From Octopus sinensis (taxonomy: Eukaryota): a DNA stretch of 64,000 nt. The stretch lies in the NCBI RefSeq assembly GCF_006345805.1, contig NC_043002.1, positions 81,592,001 to 81,656,000 of the forward strand. Reading direction: 5' to 3'. The translations under genes were made by a program, and so were the position numbers. This document shows positions 54,733 to 64,000 of this stretch, piece after piece (position 1 is the stretch's first letter; each line of letters starts with the position of its first letter). The notes below the pieces were generated by a model. The model was given only the letters and a program-made list of their open reading frames with translations, did not search any database and was not told the origin of the DNA.

Positions 54733-56797
54733 CGATGGGAAGGATGGCTTCTCTTTGCAAATACTGATAGGGCACAGAAAGTGTCAATAGCCAGCTGGAG
54801 ATGTTTTCCTGAGGCTACAAGCTACAGTAGCATCTACCCTTAGTGTTTAGTCACATTTAAGTGGCAAATATATATATATATATATATAAACCGACAACTA
54901 ATGAACGATGTTTATATCTTCTCACGACTATATAAACACCTAAAATATTTATCGTAAATGTGATGCATGTAACTAACCCATGCTTGTTCGTGAGTGATGG
55001 CTGGTTGTACCGTACATTTTTTTTTTTGTCCTGTTCGTCCCTCGGAGCGACGAGGACCTTCTAGTCTTCCTCTGAGATAACTAATTACTTGCGCGGTGAC
55101 TTAGTTTAAAGCAAAGAAGAGTTGTGTATCGTCAACTTCACTCTCTTATCCGTGACCATCTTCCCTCCAGTGGCTTGAGGATAAAAACAGATACAGCGGA
55201 TAACCAAGATGTTTCATTTGCATCATGTTGCTCTCTGCATACCACAAAGCGTTGCTGCCGCCAATTTCCCCTATGTTGAACAATGAAGGATTCTTCGCAG
55301 AGTCCGTGAGATCTGTTCTAAACATGCATGGGTACGACAAACCTTAATATGCTAATTAACCCATAGCTGGGACCCTGACAGATGCTATTACCTCGAGTCA
55401 GACTACACCTAGTAAAATATTGCCTAAGACGTGGTTTCCTACTCCAAAAGCCCTGGAACTTCTGAACCAGCATACACTCAAACTCTCGCTCACTTCCTCA
55501 CACTCAAAAGCATAGTGAAGGCACATGGCCTAGTGACTAGAGCAGCGGATTCGCGGTCGAAGGATCGCGGGTTCGAATCTCAGACCGGCTGATGTGTGTG
55601 TTCATGAGCGAAACACCTAAGCTCCACGCGGCTCCGGCAGAAGGTAATGGCGAACTTCTGCTGACTCTTTCGCCACAACTTTTTCTCACTCTTTCCTCCT
55701 GCATCTTGCAGCTCACCTTCGACGGACCAGCGTCCCGTCGAGGTGGGGAACCTATACGCCAAAGAAACCGGGAAACCGGCCATTATGAGTCACGCGTGGC
55801 TCGAAAAGGAACACAAAAGCATACATATACACACACATAACACACATACACACACATACACATTAGCAAAGATAAACTCTCTTAGCTATGGTCACATCAC
55901 GACACTGGTTTTAGTAATATGAACAATAGAAAGAAAAAAGGAAGAGAGAAACAAGCCTACAAGCGGTGTCCAAATTGAAAACTCAATAAACTTGAGAACC
56001 TTTTCCCTACCTAATCGTCATCCAATCAGCCTTTTGGATTAAAGTTCCCGATAATTCATAACCAAATACTAAAATCTGTTGTTACTTTTCTCCTAAGATG
56101 TTCAAAGCAACTTTACATTATAGTAATTTATTTAATTCTTCAAATCGCAATTAAAAAGATTAGCGATATCAAAGCGTGTATCATCGAGCAAAGCAATCGT
56201 AACGTTATTTCTATCTTATTTGATCAGCAAACTCATTTGTACCTGATTATCTGATTAACCCTGCCTTGTTGTGCATGCCACCAGAGCAAACGATGTAACA
56301 ACGAACTTATTAATCTACTTAACCTGAAATCCATCCACAGCGTTCCATGCAAGCCAGCCTTTCGCTCGCTAGGTTAGTTCTGCAAGTGGTGGGTTGCGGT
56401 GAGGTTGCGAAGAGGTGATATGGAGGTGATGTGAAGTGGGACGACGACGACGACGACGATATTGAGATGGAGGGATTTGGTTGGGGAACTTTGAAGGAAT
56501 TGTATTAATGAGCAACCATTATTATCTTGGATTGTCGCAATAGATTTAGATAGAGAAAAGTCGGAGAAGAGAGTGAGACAGACAGAGACAGAGACAGACA
56601 GACAGATAGAATGAGAGACAGTATAAGACAGAAACGGGAAATGAAAGGAAACGATGGGAAGGAAGACTGGGTGGTTCATACGTATAGCGACTGAGAAAGT
56701 GAAAAGAGATTCAGATGTATATCTTGTCTGTCTATCAATCTGTCCATCTGTCTATTCATCTATCTGTCAATCTGTCAATCTATCTGTCAATCTGTCA

Positions 56798-57655
<858 letters not shown>

Positions 57656-57667
57656 TAGATAGATAGA

Positions 57668-57717
57668 TATGTTCTTTATTAGCCATACGGGCTGCACACA
57701 GATAGAACAAATTACAA
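57668..57717 (-). mobile_element. ~50-bp extreme 3'-end copy of the same Tx1 family inside (GATA)n
   Basis: atgttctttattagccatacgggctgcacacagatagaacaaattacaa matches the terminal 50 nt of both neighbouring copies, with GATA repeats on both sides. Confidence 0.85.
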
Positions 57718-58168
57718 TAGGTAGGATAGATTGATAGATAGATAGATAGATAGATATATATATGTTTCTTTATTAGCACACAGGGCTGCACACAGATAGA
57801 ACAAATACAAGGTAGAGCTTTTTCTTTGAAGGTTTAAAAAAATAAATAAATAAATAAAAATTTAAAAAAAATAAAAATAAAATTAAAAAAAAGGGGGGGT
57901 CAATCAAAAGGGATCGTAAAAGGAGAGAAAGAGGACAAAAAAGGGGGGGTTAAAAAAAAAGGGGGAGAGGAAAAAAATTGATCAATAGGGATCGTTATCA
58001 CAGAAATGTCAATATGAAGTGTAAAGGGGAGGACAGGTGAGGTTTACCCGTGGAAAGAAAAGCCTACGGAAAAGACCACGGTAACCTCGGTCAATGAAGT
58101 CACATGTTATATTTCTTTTTTTTTTTTTTTTTTGCAAATAAGCAACTCTCTGTATTAATTTTTACGGT

Positions 58169-61100
58169 TCATAGAATCATAGTCAAGGTGGCTTCGTCAT
58201 TCATACGTGCCATCCTTGCTACATTCACCCATCTTTTTTTAAAACATTCACTAGACAAAACTTGCCTCTCTACTCTCACTTTTTCTTCAAGTGATACTTG
58301 AAGAAGTTGATGAGAGATTGACCAGAGAGGAAAGTGTTTGTCTCTAATCCTTTCAGACGCGTCCACCAGATACATTCTTTCGCCATAGCCACAAGTATGA
58401 TAAAAATAGCTCTTCCTTCCCGTTTGAAGGAAGGAGGCGTGACGATATTAACGATAGACTCGGCTGATAAACCGACACGTCCCACACGTGACAGCAGTCG
58501 TTCGACATAAGCCCACAGGTGGGAAATTGCTGGACACTGCACGATTGCGTGCAGAGCGGTTTCGTCGCTCTGCCCGCATCTCGGGCAGGTCGGCCCCGTG
58601 TTTCTCGAGCCATGCCTATAGAGCTTATCCCGAACGGGTAGCGCTTCTCGGTAAGCACCGCCAGGCCAGGGATCTCTGGAAGTTGTCCATAGGTCCCGGG
58701 CCGAAAGTCGTTTGAAACAGGCGGGTCAGGTATTCCTCGTCGACGCCCAGGTTTGCCCCGAGCTCGTCGTCGTACCTCCCCTCCACTAATCCCCTATAGA
58801 ATGCTTTGGTTGTGTTGAAGTCACTCAAGGTCGACCCGGGACGGCAGAGTTGCTTGAGAGCAACGCGACACTCGCGGTGCCATTCGCCCTTCTTCGGCCT
58901 CTTTTTGATCCACGACTGTAGTTCGGTCATGGAGACGAGTTGCGGGAATGCGTGCCTCACAAACGGCGACCACACCTGTTCACCGTCGTCTACATAGAGC
59001 CGAGATGTCGCAGTCTCAGCGCGTGTCTGCGCATCATCAACCACGGCATGCCCAGCCCTCCTTTTTAACGGGTGTTGACAGCAAATGGATCGCCTGACCA
59101 TCGGGACGCATCCTTTCCACAAGAAGCGGAAGAGGATGCGTTCTAGTTTGGTGATGGTAGGGTCGGGACAAGGTACGACGGTCAGGCGGTAGTAGATGAT
59201 GGACGCGATGTACGCGTTCACCACCTCCGCCCGACCTTTTAGGGACAGTTTCCTCTCGGCCCATTGCTGGGCGAGAGTGACCACCCTACTCGTTATCTCG
59301 TTCCAGTTCTTCTCCATTTGGAGGTCCGGACCGAACCAACCCCCCGAGCAACTCAACCGGGCCGTCTGTCCAGCGTCCCACGACGGAGGTAGGTGGTGGA
59401 CGGCATGGGCTTGCTTCTCCAGGTGCCGAGCCGCAAGCCCACTGACTTTTCCCGGTTGATTTTTGCTCCTGTCACCGCTTCGTAGTCTTTCAGTGTCTCG
59501 CCGACCCGCTCGATGTGCTCGTGGCTTGACACTATGACGGTGACGTCGTCCGCGTATGCAGACACGCTCGTCCCGCATCCTAATTCTCGCGGGATGCCCC
59601 TCAGAGTCGCCAGCTTCCGCAGTAGTGGCTCAAGAGTCAATACGTATAGAAGCGCCGAGAGGGGGCATCCCTGACGGACCGAACGTGCAATGTCGAAGGG
59701 TCTCGATAGATGTCCATTTACGCGAATTACCGAACGGATGCCTCTGTACAAGGCAGCTATCCAGCCGCGGAAGACAGGACCGAAACCAGCCGCTCTCAGG
59801 ACTGCCTCCAAGTATCGATGGTACCCTATCAAAGGCTTTCGATTGATCCAAGTTGATCAGGGCCCCACCCATGCCAGGTTCGTTAACTACCCTGTCTATG
59901 ATGTAGCGCATCAGATGGAGGTTGTTATGGATGCGTTGTCGACCAGTTTCTCCATGACAAGCGCCAACCTCTTGGCTAACACCTTTGTCAAAATTTTCAG
60001 GTCTGCATTGAGCAGAGTGATTGGCCTAAAGTTATCTATAATGTTTCCCTTGTTTGGATCTTTCTTCAGCAGAGTTACAGCTCCTCGACTCACAAAACCG
60101 GGTATGCTCCGTTTTGCTGCCAGTTGCAGTATACCGCTGCCAAGACGTCTCCAAACAAGTCTGGCATACAATAGTAAAATTCGTAGGGTAGACCATCCAA
60201 ACCCGGTGATTTGTCCCTCGAGCATTCTGCCATCGCTTCCCGCACTTCCGCCGCCGTGATGGCACCTTCGCAGCACCCTGCCTTTCTTGTCGAGAGTCGT
60301 GGCAGGCTATGTAGGTAGGCACTGAAGTCTACCCTACGTTCTTGCCCTCCACTCGTCCCGAACAGTCGGGCAAAATGCTGCTGAAAGGCCTCACACATTT
60401 TACTTGGCTCGAGCAATTCGCGCCCCTGTTCATCTACCAGTGACCGAATGGTGGCTTTGTTGCCCTGTTGCGCCTCTTCCACCCGGGCCTCTCTCGCGGC
60501 TCCAACACCTTCGTTCCTTAGAGCACGCATCCTAGCTCTGACAGCACATCCTTCGTGTTTGGCGTTGAAGTGTTGGTCGAGGGCCAACCTCGCCGCCAAA
60601 ACGTCGGATGCGATGCCGCTTCTAATTGCCTTTTCTAGCTTCTTAACTAGCTCACCCTCTACTCTATTTCTATCTATGGCTAGTGCTTTGCTGTACCTAA
60701 TCGCTTCTGCTTTTACTGCTCTCTTGAGGGCAAACCACCATTTGTTGTTGATGATGGCTCCCGTCAAAGCCCTCTTTACTAGTGTGCTAATCCGGTCTCT
60801 GAAAACTTGTCTCGATGGGAAAGACGCGTTTTGTTTCCTGTATCCAGGACCCTGCCTAAGTGTCTTACCTAAGTCTAGCGTACATGTCACAAGTTTGTGA
60901 TCCGTGTAGCTGACTATGTGGAATTGTGGACATCCTATGCTATCTCTATCTACTGTCCTACACAGTATCCTATCTAGATAAGATCTCGACGACCCACTGC
61001 GGTTGCTCCATGTCCACGTTGGTGCATTTGGGTGGTCGAGTCGGTACCTGTCAGACAGTTGGAATCGTCTGAGCAGGTCTCTGAGGCATTTGCATCCCCT

Positions 61101-61580
61101 TCTGTTTCTGTCTCTACCCACGTAGTCTACATGCGTGTCCAAGGTAGCATTCCAATCCCCCACTAAGAGTAAAGGACGAGACGTTCCAAGAATACTTCTA
61201 GACGTCGCGAAAGAAATCCGCCCGACCTGTTAAGGGCGGTGCGTAGACTGATACGAGTCGAAAAGCGCACCCATTGCTGCCGTCAACATCCAGAACGATC
61301 AGTCTACCCTCCGGGTCTACGAATATCGTCTTGACTTCGAGATCCAGGCTCTTGTGAAAAAAGTACCGCGGTGCCACTACCGCCCATCCTCGGCAGGGGG
61401 GAGCGAAATAAATGTTAAACTGTCCGCCAAACATGGACTTTAGGGCCCGTGGCTCGTGGAGTCTGGTCTCACTTATGGCTATGATCCCCAAATCATGTGA
61501 CTTGATGTCATTTAGGAGGTATATCCTTGTTTCCAAGGAGACCCCAAGCCACGCGCATTCACACAACCAATCTTGACCAT
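58169..61580 (-). pseudogene. LINE ORF2: APE endonuclease + reverse transcriptase + C-terminal Cys-rich region, multiple frameshifts
   Basis: MVKIGCVNARGLG start; ISETR, GDWN, SYLDRI, TDHK (APE); SPGLDGLPYEFY, NFRPITLLNADLKILTKVLAKRL, LDQSKAFDRV, VRQGCPLS, AYADDVTV (RT); C-terminus ..RWVNVARMARMNDEATLTMIL*. Confidence 0.93.
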
Positions 61581-61630
61581 GATTCTATTGGGGTGTGTGC
61601 TTTAAAACACACAAATGAAAGTACAGAGAG

Positions 61631-63527
61631 TTACTTACTTGTGTCGAAAGTTTTGGCTTCCTCGTTCTTTGATGTGTCTTCGAGGAGGTTTCTATATAGT
61701 TTTTGGGACAGATATTTCTGGAAACCCCCTACAGCATTTGGGAAGAGGGCTTTGAGTTTGTGGTGTTGTGTTTGTGTGATGTGTAGTATTTTGATGTGTT
61801 TGGGTGGTGTAGTGCGTGGATGATTGCTATTTTTAAAGTCATCTTCACAAATGTTTGTGTATCCTGTGATGTACTCCATTAGTTTGGAGTCTTTTGTGTC
61901 TATCGCTGATAGCATTGTTTTGTGGTGTTGGTGCTTGTTTTGGTGTGTATGGAGTTTTCAGGGTTCAGGTATCTCCCTGCTTTGGTTGCGATTCTTGTTT
62001 GTTTGTTTTTCTGATCTTTTTCTTTTACCCCTGTGGCTATTTGCCATTCTGTCGAACTTTCATCGTTAGATGAAAAGTCTGACGAATCAGCAGGGGGCAA
62101 GGGTAAAGCGTCTGGGTGTGTTTGTGCGGTTGTAGATATTGTTGTGGTGCGCGGAGAGGGTGTTGCTGGGGGGGTTTGTTGTGGTATTGTCTCTCCTACA
62201 TCCTTGGTGCTTGTCTTCTTCGTTGTTATTCTTGGTGTTGGAATTGGTTTATTTGTTGTTGGTGGTGATGATTCTGTTCTTGGCGCTGGTGTTGGTGTTG
62301 TTTGGTTGGGTTGGCTTGTTCTTTGTTGTTTTTCCTGCATTTCCGCATACAGCTTCTTGACTAGCTGTCCATATTGTGGTGTGGGTGGGCAATAATCCTG
62401 GCTTTTGTGATTTTTCCTGTGGCTGTTGTTGTTGTTGTAATTTTGCGGCAGATTTGCACTCCTTTTTGAGGTGTGCCTCACTGTCACATGTATAGCATCG
62501 TGGCCTTCTGCCCTCGACTACTACGTATAACTGCGGCCATCCTCAAGATGTACGGGGGGGGATTTTATTTATGTCCTCTTGACTTATGTGGAAGAGGAAC
62601 TCTATTCTCTTTCCCAGCCAGTCCTTGTTTTCCGAAACACCGATATCTAGGATGTTAAGTCCTCCATTTCGGATGTTAAGGCGGATGTAATCCACAGTGT
62701 TGTAGTCACTTGGGGGACACCACTGATAATGACTTTCGTCACCTTCTGGCCGAGGTAACTCGGTGTCAACGTTAGTTCATCAGAATGAAGGGTTATCGTT
62801 GAGAATCTTCGCCAACTCTTCATTCTGAAAAACCACCTGTACGTGTGCGAACTTGTTCGCCCAAGTCACACAATCCTGTATCCCCAGATGGGGCGTAAGC
62901 ACTTTTCGACTTTGTCTGTGCTTGCCTTTTCTGGACTTTTTGTTTTTCTATTTGTGATTTTATATACAATTGTCTTTTTTTCTCCTCATTCAGTATGTGC
63001 TGAGGTATGTGTAAGAGTATTTTTTCCGTTTTGATTTGTAATAAGGTTTCTGCAATCTTTAATCTGTTGTGTAGTAAACGAAACTTTTGTTACCTTTTCT
63101 TTTATCGCCTCGGCGAAGTTTGTTGTTGTTTTGTTATTGTTGTTACTGCCGGTGGTGTTGGGTTGATGGCAGGTGTTGGGGTTGTAGGTTTGTGGTTGCT
63201 TATTATGCAACTAGCAAGGGGTGGAAAATTGCCTGCGTAATTTAGTCCTGCATTAGCGCAAATTTCGGCATTTCGTTTGCTTGTGTCGTTATTTTTTCAC
63301 TTGTTGGTGATGGAGTGAGCAGTGGTTGAAGGGAATTGTTGTTGTCGTCGTGTTGTTGTGTTGTTGTTGTTGTTGTTGTTATTGTCGTTCTTGGTGACGG
63401 CGGTGGTGTTAGTAGTATTAGTAGCATTGACGGCACGGTCTTGGTGGCGGTGATGGTGGTGTTGGTATTGTATTGGTGGCGATGTCTTTAGTAGGGATAG
63501 TAGTTTAGTAGTAGCAGATTCTGCCAT
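61631..63527 (-). pseudogene. LINE ORF1 (gag-like nucleic-acid-binding protein), broken by frameshifts
   Basis: ATG at 63527 (MAESATTKLLSLLKTSPP..), T/N/Q low-complexity linkers, CX2CX4HX4C knuckle CYTCDSEAHLKKEC at 62456-62497, and C-terminus ..EEAKTFDTSK* at 61631. Confidence 0.8.
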
Positions 63528-63646
63528 GGTGTTGTTGTCGGTGTTGGTGGTGGACTCACTGATGGTGTTGACGGTGCTTGGCCTTGCGACCTTTGTTTTG
63601 TATGTGTTGCTGTTGTCAGGTTCAGCGTATGCTAACAGAGCATCCT

Positions 63647-63715
<69 letters not shown>

Positions 63716-63939
63716 GGATACATAGGTAGATAGGTAGACGTGTGAGTATGTAGTGCGTGCGTTTAATTGGCCCAAAAAACATGACCATCCCGAAATATAA
63801 CACTATATATGTATATATTTATACATATGTGTGTGTGTGTGTAAGTGTGTGTATATATATATATATATATATAATATATATATTATGTATAATGTGGTGT
63901 GTGTGCATGTGGTGTACACACACACACACACACACACAC

Positions 63940-63974
<35 letters not shown>

Positions 63975-64000
63975 CAACATCAACAATCAAGGAACGGCCA

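Larger units (their letters stand above)
57761..63646 (-). mobile_element. Near full-length Tx1/L1-type non-LTR retrotransposon (~5.9 kb), frameshifted, flanked on both sides by (GATA)n
   Basis: Sense strand starts immediately after (TATC)n at 63647. It has a short 5' UTR, ORF1 with a CCHC knuckle, ORF2 with APE+RT motifs, and a ~400-nt 3' UTR ending GCAGCCCTGTGTGCTAATAAAGAAACATA followed by (TATC)n. Confidence 0.93.

Noticed and set aside
58488-62395. Plus-strand ORFs overlapping the LINE
   Set aside because: Antisense shadows of the GC-rich LINE ORFs, with no independent motifs.

Overview
Eukaryotic, AT-rich, repeat-saturated DNA. The SINE and microsatellite make-up looks octopod-like, which is an inference from my recollection of these families and not a search result. 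I recognise no host gene; at most there is one isolated exon-like island (52206-52346). Almost all long ORFs in the track are translations of microsatellites or antisense shadows. The real coding signal is retrotransposon-derived: (i) a near full-length Tx1/L1-type LINE (57761-63646, minus; CCHC ORF1, APE-RT ORF2, frameshifted) that sits with two 5'-truncated sister copies inside one (GATA)n tract; (ii) two more Tx1-type relatives whose 3' ends join different microsatellites, (ATC)n and (TTG/TTC)n; (iii) three R4/Dong-type RLE fragments. About 30 tRNA-head SINE copies fall into five recognisable families, and one variant carries a Tx1-like 3' tail and forms head-to-tail arrays. Also present are two non-autonomous Helitron-like elements, a mariner remnant, a perfect-TIR MITE, several long palindromes, and a family of hammerhead-ribozyme-like motifs, one of which (54654-54732) has an essentially intact type I fold. 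The main candidate system is a microsatellite-targeting Tx1 radiation with a partner SINE. The second is the hammerhead-bearing, Penelope/retrozyme-like small elements.
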